Origin: Bacillota bacterium
GTDB taxonomy: Bacteria; Bacillota; Sulfobacillia; RBS10-35; JAJYVN01
DNA: 64,000 nt
Reading direction: 5' to 3'
Assembly: GCA_021806565.1 (NCBI GenBank)
Contig: JAJZXK010000005.1
Coordinates: 2,555 to 66,554, forward strand
In this document: positions 16,968 through 26,500 of the stretch, piece after piece
How positions within the stretch are numbered: position 1 is the stretch's first letter
Layout: the number at the start of each line of letters is the position of its first letter
Notes under the pieces: model-generated
What the model was told of the DNA's origin: nothing
The model's input: the letters and a program-made list of their open reading frames with translations, nothing else
The model's database searches: none
Translations under genes and position numbers: made by a program

Positions 16968-19352
16968 ATGTGGTCCGAACCCGCGGCCAAGACGGCCGTC
17001 ACCAAAGAACACACCGTGCTGGTCCTCGGCGCCCTGTTGGGTGTGTTGCTGGGTGTCTCCGTAACCTTTCGCGGGCTTTATTTCCCGGCGCAGCAACTCG
17101 CGGCGGTCGCCGTCGCCTGCGCGGTGGCTGCGGCCGTGGCTGTGGCCGGCCGGAGGCCGGGCCCGCTGCTGCGGCACCGGCTGGACTGGCTTGCCCTCGG
17201 CGTCTCCGCCAGCTACCTGCTCAGCCTGTTCGTCGCGGTCCACCCCAGCGCGGCCATCCACTCCTGGCTCGTCCACACCATGGACCTGCTGGTGTTCTGG
17301 GCCGCCGCCGAACTCGCCCTCCGCTCGGACGCGGCTCGGCAGGCAATCCTGCACGGCCTGCTGCTCGGTGGCCTGATCACCGCAGCCACGGGGCTGTTGG
17401 GAGCGGCTGGTGTGCAGGGACACGGTTGGTTTGTCACCGACCGCATCTTCACATCCATCCAGTATCCCGATGGTGCCGCCGCCTACCTGGCGGCCGTCGC
17501 CTTCCTGGCCCTGGGGCTGCGGTTGCGCAGCGGCCAGCCGCGCCTGCAGTTCGCCTACGCCGGCTTGGCCGCCATCTTGCTGTTCACGTTCGTCTTCGCC
17601 CTGTCGCGCGGCGCGGCCCTGGTCTTCCTCCCCGTGGCACTCCTGTTTGCGCTGATGCAGGAACGGACGCGGCGCCTCGAAGCGGCCGGCTCGATCCTGC
17701 TCGCGCTCCTGGCGGTCGCCGTCGGCTCCGTCCCGTACGTCCTGGGGTTGAAGGCAGCGCACCTCCGGCACGCCCCAGGCGCGGGCCCGGTGCTCACCGC
17801 GGTCGCCCTCACGATCGCGACCGCGCTGGCCCTGGAATGGATGCGGCAGTGGCTCGCAACCCGCGGCTCCCACCTGAACCGGTTCATACCGTTGGGGCTG
17901 CGCATCCTCGGCGCGGTCGCCCTCGCGGGCGCGGTGACGATCGCCATTGGGTTCCACCACAGCGCCCTGACACGACTCGGACGCATCAGCCTGCACAGCT
18001 ACAGCGCCTGGTCGCGCATACGCTGGTGGCTGGACGGCCTGCGCATGGTCGCGATCCGTCCCATCCTCGGATGGGGCGGCGGTGGCTGGACGGCGGCCTA
18101 CCACGCCTTCCAGAGCTACGACTACTCCTCCACCCAGGTACACAGTGGCTGGGTGCAGACGTGGGTCAACACCGGCAGCGTCGGCTTCCTTCTCTGGTGC
18201 GCCTTCTGGGTGCTCCTGCTTTTGACCACGCTTACCGCGCTGAGGCGCGCATCCCGAGATCAACGCCCCGTCCTCGCCGGCCTCGCTGGGCTGGTGGCGA
18301 TGATCGGCGGCCACGCCTTCTTAGACTTCACCCTTTCGCTCCAGAGCATCAGCGTGGCCATGTGGGCGGCTTCCGGTATGCTGCGTTCGGCCGCGATGCC
18401 GCCCGCCACCGCCCCTGCCCCCGCCCGTCCACGCCAGCGCCACGCGCCCTCCCCCAGGGAATTCTGGACGCAGATCAGCGTCGGTACGGTGATGGTGGCC
18501 CTGATCACCTTCTCCCTCGTGCAACTGACGGCGATCGTCCACCTCGACGCGGCCGCCCGCCTGGCCAGGCAGCCCAACCAACTTCCCGCCAGCCAAGTGC
18601 AGTTGCATCGCGCCCTCGTCGACGATCCCTGGTCTTCGGCGGTGGCCTATGACCTCGCCCAGGTGGACGAGACCATGGCCAACCAACTCATGTCCGGCGG
18701 CAAGCAGTCGCCCACCGTCGTACAGGGGTATCTGCAGCGCGCCAACAACTGGTACCGCAACGCCGTCGCCCTCGACTCATACGACGCGGCGCGCCGCACC
18801 GCGTACGCCCAGTTCCTGGGCACGGTCGGACAGGACCCGCAGGCCGTGCGCGAACTCCAATCCGCCCTCGCCGACGCTCCATACAGCCTCGCGCAGTATT
18901 CGGCGCTCTCCACCGGCCTGATCGAGGCGGCGATCCAGGCCGCGCATGGGCACCACACTAAGTCGGCCGCCACGTATCTCTCCGACCTGGCAAGCGTCGC
19001 TGGCAGCCTCAAGAGCCACAGCGCGGCCATCCCGCCGCGCGCCCTCGCTGAGAGCAAGGCGCTCCCCTCCGTAGTGCCACCGTTCCCCGCCACCGATCCC
19101 GGACTACAGCTTTCCGCTGCCGAAGCCAGCGCACTCAAGGGCCACTGGACGACCACCGCCCGAGCACTCAAGCCCCTGACCGCGGTCTCCGGGTCCCTGG
19201 GAGGCGAGGCCAACCTCTGGCTGGGCGTGGTGGAACAGCACACCAAGTCCGCGGGAGCAAAGACCCACCTGGCGGCCGCGCAGAAGCTCCTTGGCGCGCA
19301 GTATGCGGCACAGCTGAAGCTGGTACAGGGGGCGGTGGGTACGTTGGGTTAG
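16968..19352 (+). CDS. O-antigen ligase/O-oligosaccharyltransferase family protein with C-terminal TPR-like domain (start uncertain)
   Basis: About 12 TMs, RIFTSIQYPD, SRGA, GWGGGGW...YQ-like HAFQSY..STQVHS, HAFLDF, helical TPR-like tail. Confidence 0.82.
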   Translation: MWSEPAAKTAVTKEHTVLVLGALLGVLLGVSVTFRGLYFPAQQLAAVAVACAVAAAVAVAGRRPGPLLRHRLDWLALGVSASYLLSLFVAVHPSAAIHSWLVHTMDLLVFWAAAELALRSDAARQAILHGLLLGGLITAATGLLGAAGVQGHGWFVTDRIFTSIQYPDGAAAYLAAVAFLALGLRLRSGQPRLQFAYAGLAAILLFTFVFALSRGAALVFLPVALLFALMQERTRRLEAAGSILLALLAVAVGSVPYVLGLKAAHLRHAPGAGPVLTAVALTIATALALEWMRQWLATRGSHLNRFIPLGLRILGAVALAGAVTIAIGFHHSALTRLGRISLHSYSAWSRIRWWLDGLRMVAIRPILGWGGGGWTAAYHAFQSYDYSSTQVHSGWVQTWVNTGSVGFLLWCAFWVLLLLTTLTALRRASRDQRPVLAGLAGLVAMIGGHAFLDFTLSLQSISVAMWAASGMLRSAAMPPATAPAPARPRQRHAPSPREFWTQISVGTVMVALITFSLVQLTAIVHLDAAARLARQPNQLPASQVQLHRALVDDPWSSAVAYDLAQVDETMANQLMSGGKQSPTVVQGYLQRANNWYRNAVALDSYDAARRTAYAQFLGTVGQDPQAVRELQSALADAPYSLAQYSALSTGLIEAAIQAAHGHHTKSAATYLSDLASVAGSLKSHSAAIPPRALAESKALPSVVPPFPATDPGLQLSAAEASALKGHWTTTARALKPLTAVSGSLGGEANLWLGVVEQHTKSAGAKTHLAAAQKLLGAQYAAQLKLVQGAVGTLG

Positions 19353-19437
19353 GCTAGCCGGCGGAGCACATGCAGCCGGGGCCCCGCAACTCATTGGATC
19401 TACTGAAACCGATGACACTGGGAGTGTGGGGACGGTC

Positions 19438-19644
19438 ATGACACGGAGAGGCTTGGTCGGAATCGCCGCCACCGGGGCAGCGGCACTCACCCTGGGAGGC
19501 TGCGGCAATGCCAGCCAGGCCGGCCCGCTCACCTTTGCCAACCTTGGGAACGAGATCACTCTCGCCAACAATCAGAATGCAGAGTATGGGTGGCGGTCCG
19601 ACCGCGCCGTCACCCTCCACCGCATGGCGGCCAACGTCGCATAG
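19438..19644 (+). CDS. small putative Tat lipoprotein or truncated gene
   Basis: MTRRGLVG twin-Arg motif, hydrophobic core and lipobox LGGC. Only about 47 residues follow the Cys. Confidence 0.4.
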   Translation: MTRRGLVGIAATGAAALTLGGCGNASQAGPLTFANLGNEITLANNQNAEYGWRSDRAVTLHRMAANVA

Positions 19645-19906
19645 TTGCCTTTCATGCGGCGATCGTCGGGCACTGGATTCCGATCGACGTTGAGGTTCAT
19701 TTGAATACCCGTATGCGCGACGGACGTCCGTCTGCTTCGCGCATCTGCGGAAGAGTGCCGCAGGATGGCGTTGTTCCGGTGCCGAAGTTGCGTAAGATGT
19801 CCCGGCACCCCGTGGAACGCGAACGCTGCTCTGAGCGCATGGACCCTCCGACACAGCAAGGCACGGGCATGCGCCGCGCAGACGCGCACTGCAGGAGGCG
19901 TCGCGG

Positions 19907-20977
19907 TTGTTCTTAGACTCGATCCAGGCGTTGCGGGGATTGGCGTCAATCTCTGTCCTGCTCTATCACACCAATACATACGCGATACTTATAGGAAACA
20001 ATGCCCACACGGTGTTCCGGATCTTCTCGCTTCCCTTCTCTTACGGAGCCTGGTTGTTCTTCGCCCTGTCTGGCTTCCTGATGGCGTCCCTGATAGACAG
20101 AGGATACAGGTCCTTTCTACTGCGGCGAGTGTTGAGGATATATCCCTCCTACCTGATTGCGGGATGCCTCACCCTCTTTGCCAAGGTCCTAGTCTTCGGG
20201 TCTGTAAGCAACCCGCTTCTGCTGAAAGCCATAAGCCTTCTCCCTCTGGGCGCCACAGTTTACCCGCTCGGCGTCGAGTGGACGCTGATCTTCGAGATCT
20301 GTTTTTACCTTGTGTGTTCCGCCTTTGCTTGGACATACGGTCGGGTGGTGTTCCCTTACTTCCTGTGCGCGTGGGCGACAGTCATTGTCTCCGTGCGAGA
20401 ACTCGCTCCCATCCACTATTCATTGGTGCCGACCATGCGCAACGTCCTCCTGGAACCCTTCGACCTCCTCTTCATTTTCGGCGGCCTACTGTTCTACCTC
20501 GCCAAGCGCGTGGGGTCCCAACCCATGCCGACAAGGCTCGCCGAGGGTGGGGCGGGACTGGTGATGCTGGTGGTGGCGTGCTTGCAAACAGGAACGTTCG
20601 TGCGCTGCATACTGCTCGGCGCTGCCTTCGCGTTGGTGATGCTATCAACGCTACCGTGGACAGCGACGCCTGGGAATCGATTGCAAGCCGTTCTGTGCCA
20701 GCTCGGCGATTACTCGTACGGCATCTATCTGGCTCAGGTACCGGTGGTTACCATCATTTACGCAGTGGCGATCACCCAGTATCACGCTCGCCTGAGCTCG
20801 CTGCTCGCAGTCATGGCGTTTGTGTCCGCCATGATTTTTGGCATACTTATGGGCAAGTTAGACATGCATCTTCACGGAAAATCACGGGAATGGGCGAGAC
20901 GCTGGGAGAGACGACACCCAGCCAGCTCCTCCACCGAAATACCGCCGACCCCTGCAACAACTCAGGGGATAGTTTAG
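19907..20977 (+). CDS. acyltransferase 3 family (OafA-like) glycan O-acyltransferase
   Basis: LDSIQALRGLA..VLLYH, FFALSGFLM, FLLRRVLRIYP, WTLIFEICFY, LGDYSYGIYL. AGGAGG SD with TTG start. Confidence 0.9.
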   Translation: MFLDSIQALRGLASISVLLYHTNTYAILIGNNAHTVFRIFSLPFSYGAWLFFALSGFLMASLIDRGYRSFLLRRVLRIYPSYLIAGCLTLFAKVLVFGSVSNPLLLKAISLLPLGATVYPLGVEWTLIFEICFYLVCSAFAWTYGRVVFPYFLCAWATVIVSVRELAPIHYSLVPTMRNVLLEPFDLLFIFGGLLFYLAKRVGSQPMPTRLAEGGAGLVMLVVACLQTGTFVRCILLGAAFALVMLSTLPWTATPGNRLQAVLCQLGDYSYGIYLAQVPVVTIIYAVAITQYHARLSSLLAVMAFVSAMIFGILMGKLDMHLHGKSREWARRWERRHPASSSTEIPPTPATTQGIV

Positions 20978-20994
20978 CGACTTGCGCGAGTCGC
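20977..20994 (+). terminator. short stem-loop immediately after the acyltransferase stop
   Basis: GCGACT-N6-AGTCGC inverted repeat. Confidence 0.35.
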
Positions 20995-21024
20995 CGATAA
21001 CCAGGACATCCGTCGTCCACGGTC

Positions 21025-21371
21025 CGTCTTGGGCACATTGGTCTCGAAGCGGTGGAACGTGCGGCTGGGCGTCACCGTCAGACGACGTGTCTTGCCCAGG
21101 TGCTGTAGGTGCAGCGCGCGGCGTGCTGCGGGCCCGTTGCTGGCCTGTGCCTGCTCCTCCCGCGCCGACATGGGCCCAGAGTCCTTTCCGGCACCTATTG
21201 GTCCCTCATCGGTGCCCGCGCCGTCCTGGCCTTACGCGCCATCGCCCTCTCCCCGCTTCGGTGCTGGGAGGCTTCTTGCGCAACTCGCCGCGCGTTGGCC
21301 GGACCCGCTTCCCGCCACCTCACTGGGCTCAGGGGCAAGGCCGCCTGATCTCCACATTTGAGGGATGCACC
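21025..21371 (+). mobile_element. degenerate IS remnant (ISKra4/ISLre2-like transposase C-terminus plus possible right end)
   Basis: Translated fragments LGHIGLEAVERA and LSGTYWSLIGARAVLALRAIALS resemble the IGSGxVE and SGxxWSxxGAxAxLxLRA motifs. There is an internal stop, and the frame ends GKAA* followed by CACATTTGAGGGATGCACC. Confidence 0.5.
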
Positions 21372-21574
21372 GGCACGAGCAGGGAAAAACAGGTGTGGTG
21401 GCGATGCTCACGGCCGTACCGGCGAACCCACCGGGTGGGGGCCGCCACCCAGTGGCCGGCGCCCCCCGTCCGATGCCGTCAGCGTCACCGGTTCGACATG
21501 CACCCACCACGACAGTAAAGATCAGGAAGCATCACGGTCGCGACCTGCCCAAGGCACAACGCCGGGTAGCGCAG

Positions 21575-22822
21575 TCACACTCCCCCCACCTCGACGCGGC
21601 GGTCGCCCCGCATCGCCACCGCCGTGTCGACGCGGATCTCGCAGCCGACGTTGGCGGTTCCCTTCCATGTCCGGTCGCGCCGCACCTCGAAGGTGATGCC
21701 ACGGTCGATCCAGTCATAGAACTCGCGCGCGTTGGTGTGGGCAGCGGCGACGGTCACGTAGTGGCGGCCGGCCGGCAGCGTGCAGCGGAAGCGGTATTCC
21801 ACCTCCACGTCATACCCGGGCTCCAGCACCCCCGTATCGATGCCGCGCCACATGGTGTTGGTGTCATAGGTCAACTGCGGCGTTTCCTCGTCGGTGTGCA
21901 TGATGATGCCGAAGATCGGTGCCTCGACGCGTTCATGCACCTGGTAGCGGACGCGCAGGATGGCGTCCTGCCCAGCCCAGAGGGCGTCCACTTCCTCGCC
22001 CTTGCCGTCCAGGAGTTCCACCTTGGACACCTCGATCTCAAAGGTGCCGTATCGGCGCCCCTCGACCGCCTGCTTCTCCGTGGTCCGGCCCTCGGCCCCA
22101 AGGCTGCTCACCGCGTACGACGGCACCACATCGTGCGCAGGGCCGCTCTCGCGCACCACGCCCTGGTCGAGCCAGACCACCCGGTCACACAGCTCCTGCA
22201 CGGCGCCGAGATCGTGGGACACCAACAGGATCGCCTTTTTCGCGTGCTTGATCTGGCGGATGCGCTCGAAACACTTGGTCTGAAAGCCCGCGTCCCCGAC
22301 GCTGAGCACCTCGTCCAGGACGAGGATGTCCGGGTCCACATGCACGGCGACCGCGAAGGCCAGCCGCATGAACATCCCCGAGGAATAGTGCTTCACCGGC
22401 ATGGACATGTAGTCGGCCAGACCGGCAAACGCCACGATGTCCGCATACAGCCCCTGCACGCGCCGCCGGCTCATGCCCAGCAGGCCCGCATTTAGGAAGA
22501 CGTTCTCCTTGCCCGTGTACTCCGGGTGGAAGCCGGCACCCAGTTCCAGCAGCGCCACCATCCGGCCGTCCGCCTTGACCCGGCCGCGGGTGGGCCCGAG
22601 GATGCCCGCCACCACCTTCAGCAGGGTGCTCTTGCCCGAACCATTGCTGCCGACGATGCCGACCATTTCGCCGGGGCGCACCTCGAAGGACACATCGCGC
22701 AGCACCCAACTCTCCCGCCGCGGCCGGCGCCCGAGTTGCAGCACGTAGTCCTTCAGGGCGAGGGTGCGGTCCTCCGGACGGTAGAAGCGTTTGGCGACGT
22801 TTTCGACCACCAGGCCTGCCAT
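21575..22822 (-). CDS. wzt: polysaccharide ABC exporter ATP-binding subunit with C-terminal carbohydrate-binding domain
   Basis: GSNGSGKST, LLELGAGFHPE, YSSGMFMRLAF, DEVLSVGD..FQ.KC, and about 150 aa of Wzt_C beta domain. Confidence 0.93.
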   Translation of the reverse strand: MAGLVVENVAKRFYRPEDRTLALKDYVLQLGRRPRRESWVLRDVSFEVRPGEMVGIVGSNGSGKSTLLKVVAGILGPTRGRVKADGRMVALLELGAGFHPEYTGKENVFLNAGLLGMSRRRVQGLYADIVAFAGLADYMSMPVKHYSSGMFMRLAFAVAVHVDPDILVLDEVLSVGDAGFQTKCFERIRQIKHAKKAILLVSHDLGAVQELCDRVVWLDQGVVRESGPAHDVVPSYAVSSLGAEGRTTEKQAVEGRRYGTFEIEVSKVELLDGKGEEVDALWAGQDAILRVRYQVHERVEAPIFGIIMHTDEETPQLTYDTNTMWRGIDTGVLEPGYDVEVEYRFRCTLPAGRHYVTVAAAHTNAREFYDWIDRGITFEVRRDRTWKGTANVGCEIRVDTAVAMRGDRRVEVGGV

Positions 22823-22824
22823 CC

Positions 22825-23595
22825 CTAAATCACCTCGGCCGCATCACGACTGAGTCGGTTGAACAAGAGCCATCCCAGGGCGAAGACCACGATGCTCTCG
22901 GCACTGGTGAGCCAGACGACGCCGGACCCCGGCCAACGCCCCCAATAGAGAATCGCGGTGAAGGCGTGAAACCAGACGGTGAGCGGGTTGAGCAACAGCA
23001 ACCCGCGATACTTCACCGGAACCAGGTGCAGCGGATAGACGATCGGGGTCAGATAGAACCATGCGGCGAGCACCACCCCGATCAGGTGCTCCAGGTCCCG
23101 GAAGTGGACGACCAATCCGGCCAGCGCGAAACTCAAGCCGCAACTCCACAGGAACAGCGAGATCAGCAGCGGCACCATCGCCAGAACCTGCGGGCCAAGG
23201 GGCACCTTGACCTGCAGCACCAGAACGAGCACGATGAACGCTCCGTAGCTCAGGAACAGGTTGATGAGATTAGCGATCACGCTGGCCCCGGGGAGCAGAA
23301 CCTTCGGAAACGCCACCTTCTTGACCAGCCCGGCGTTGGCCAGCAGCGATTGCATGCCGGTCGGCAGCGCCATGGAAAAGAACGTCCAGGGCAGCAAACC
23401 GATCAGCAAGAACAGCGGGTAGCGTGGGATACCAATCTGCATGATCGTTGAAAACACCGTCGTATACACAAGCATCAGCAGCAGGGGGTTTAGCATGGAC
23501 CACAGGAAACCGAGGAACGAGTTGCGATAGCGAATCGCCAGTTCCTTCATCGCGAGGCGCAGCAGCGTTTCGCGAAAGCGCCACACGTCAGTCAT
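22825..23595 (-). CDS. wzm: polysaccharide ABC exporter permease
   Basis: RYRNSFLGFLWSMLNPL, GLLPWTFF, LVKKVAFP, FRDLEH, FYLTPIVYP, LNPL. Confidence 0.93.
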   Translation of the reverse strand: MTDVWRFRETLLRLAMKELAIRYRNSFLGFLWSMLNPLLLMLVYTTVFSTIMQIGIPRYPLFLLIGLLPWTFFSMALPTGMQSLLANAGLVKKVAFPKVLLPGASVIANLINLFLSYGAFIVLVLVLQVKVPLGPQVLAMVPLLISLFLWSCGLSFALAGLVVHFRDLEHLIGVVLAAWFYLTPIVYPLHLVPVKYRGLLLLNPLTVWFHAFTAILYWGRWPGSGVVWLTSAESIVVFALGWLLFNRLSRDAAEVI

Positions 23596-26500
23596 ACTGC
23601 ATCCCACCCGACTCCACCATCTGGAGGAAGAGGTCGCCGTAAGCACGCACCATCTCCGTCAGGCAAAACTTCTGCAACCGCCCCCGGCCGGACGCGGCGC
23701 GGGCCCGGGCCGCGTCCGGATCCCGAAGCACCCGCAGCATGGCGTCGGCCAGGGCGGTGGGATCCTGCGGCGCGACCAACAGCCCGTCCACCTCCCGCCG
23801 CACCATCTCAGGAATCCCGAAGACATCCGTGGAGACCAGGGGCAACTCGAACGCGAACGCCTCCAACACCACCGCCGGCAGTGATTCCTCCAGCGAGGCG
23901 CAGACGAATCCGTCGGCCGCCCGGTAGTATGGATAGACATCGGGCGTCTCGTCCACCACCCGGAAACGCGACGGGTCGGGGCTGGCGGCGATGGCCTGGC
24001 GCACCTCGGCCAGGTACGGCGACTCGCGCGCCCCCACGATCCAGAACTCGCAGTCCCGCCCCTCACGGCGCGACAGCGCCTGCGCGGCGGCCTGGACGAA
24101 ATACAGTTGACCCTTGCGCGGCGCGGTCGTACCGACGATCAGCCAGACGAAGCGGCCCTCCGCGGCGCCCAGCGCCTGCCGTGCCTGCGCCCTGGAGGTT
24201 CCCGCGCAAAAGCGCTCCACGCGGGCCACATCCAGGCCGTTCGGGACGGTGATCAAGCGAAACGGCCGTCCGACGGCCTCGGTGAAGATGCGCCGGGTGG
24301 CATCGGCCACGAACACCACGCGATCGGCCGAATCCAGGGCGTCCAGGGCCAGTTCGTAGGTGAACCCAGGCAATTGCCGGAAATACTCCCGCGGATCAAC
24401 ACTTTCATGAATGCTCCACACGCTGGGCAGGCCCGCCGCCCTCGCCGCCAACACCGCCCAATACCCGTGCAGCGTGTTGGCGTGGACCACATCCACGCCC
24501 GCCCCGCGCCACTCCTCGCCCAGACGGCCAAACCGCTCCCGCAGCATGGCGGCGTTGGTGGCGCCGACCAGCGGGTGGGAAAAGATCCGCGGCGTGATAC
24601 CGGCCGCCGCATAGCGCCGCTGCAGCGGGCCCTCCTGCGGGGACAGCACGTCGCACGCCCAGCCGGCAGCCGCCAACTCCTTGGCGATATTGTACTGGAA
24701 CAGTGGAGCCCCTTCGACGTTGAGGTTGTGGCCGATCAGCGCGACGTGCGCCGGCCGCCGCCACACCGGCGGATCCAGATGGCCGGCTTGGATCTCGAAC
24801 AGGTCGCTGTCCTGACGCAGGTTCTCGTTGTCGTAGGGGTCGCGGCGGCCGCTCACCCACATCTCCTCGAAGGCGGCCTCCTCGCGCGGATCGTCGCGGT
24901 AGCCGCGGCTGATGCCCTCGTGGTGCAGCAGTGCCGCATCCGGCTGATACACCACCCGCAAGCCGCGTTCGCACACCCGCAGGCAGTAGTCCACGTCGTT
25001 GTACGCGACGGCGAAACGGGCCTCGTCGAATCCACCCAGTTCCTCAAAGAGCCCGCGCCGGGTGAGCAGGCAGGCCGCAGTCACCGCGCTGTAGTTGCGC
25101 ATCACCTGGGCAAAGCTCAGGTAGCCGCCATAGTCCCCACCCGCCAGGCGGAAGGCATGGCGGGCCAGGCCGCGCGCGCCGCCGCCCAGCAGGACGCCGG
25201 CGTGCTGGATCCGGCGGTCGGGGTACAGGAGCTTGGCGCCCACCGCGCCGACCTCGGGATTCTGCAGGACGCCCACCATCGCCCGCAGCCAACGTGGTTC
25301 CAGCGCCTCGGTGTCGTCGTTGAGGAAGAGCAGGTACTCGCCGGAGGCGTGCGCCGCGGCCTGGTTATTGACATAGGCGAAGCTGAAGCGACCACTTTCC
25401 GGGTGCGCGATGCGCAGCACCTTGTGCTTCAGCCCTGCCAGGTAGTCGACCGTGCGCGGCTCGTCGCTGAGGTTGTCGGCGACGATGATCTCATAGTTCG
25501 AATAGTCGGTATGCTCCTGAAGGCTCTCGATGCACCGCTCCAGGAACCGGCCGTTGTGGGTCGGGATAATGATGGACACCAGCGGCTCCGGGATCCCGGC
25601 GTAGTCGATGCGGAAGATGCCCAACCCCGCCTCACGGGCAAAGCGCGGCTGGGTCACCTCCCCCCGCAGGCCCCGGCGTACGAGGGCTTCGGAGACGGCC
25701 CGCCGCCCCGTCTCCAGGCTGTAGGACTTGGCCGAGGTCGACGCCGCGGTGGACTGCGGTAAGGCCCGCCAGTGGTAGAGGATACGCGGGATGTGCACCA
25801 CCCGCGGCGACCGCTCCGCCGCCCGCAGGAGCAGGTCATAGTCCTGTGAACCCTCAAACCCCTCGCGGAAACCCTCCAAGCTGCGGAAGAGTTCCGTGCG
25901 CATCAAGAGCAGGTGGCTGATGTAGCTGTACGACAGCAGCAGTTCCGGGCTCCAGTCCGGCTTGAACTGGGGGGCGTAGCGCCCGCCGTTGGCGTCCACC
26001 TTGTCGTCGTCTGAGTAATAGAGGTCGGCACGCGACTGCTGCATCTCGCGCACCATCACCTGCAGGGCGTCGAGGGTCAGTTCGTCGTCGTGGTCGAGAA
26101 AGGCCAAATACTCCCCGCTGGCCGCGGCCGCGGCGGCGTTGATCGCGCGGGAGATGTGGTGTGGGGTGTCCAGCAGGACGAGCCGGAAGCGTTCGGCCCC
26201 GAGCCGCTCCGCATACTCCCGCAGCACCGGCCGCACGTGCTCCGCCGTGGAGCAGTCGTCAGCGACGCACAACTCCCACTGATCGTATGTCTGATCGACC
26301 ACCGAGTCCAGGCAGCTACGCAGCCACTGTTCCCCGACGTTGTGCACCGCGACCACGACGCTGATCCGAGGTGTGACCGTAAAAGCGGACCGTTCGGCCA
26401 CCAGCGCCCGCCGCTTGGCGGACGTCAGCACGTGGCCGCGCAGCCACTCCCCATAGGCGTCATACGCCGCAAGCTGCCGCGCCGCCACAGCGTCCGAAGC

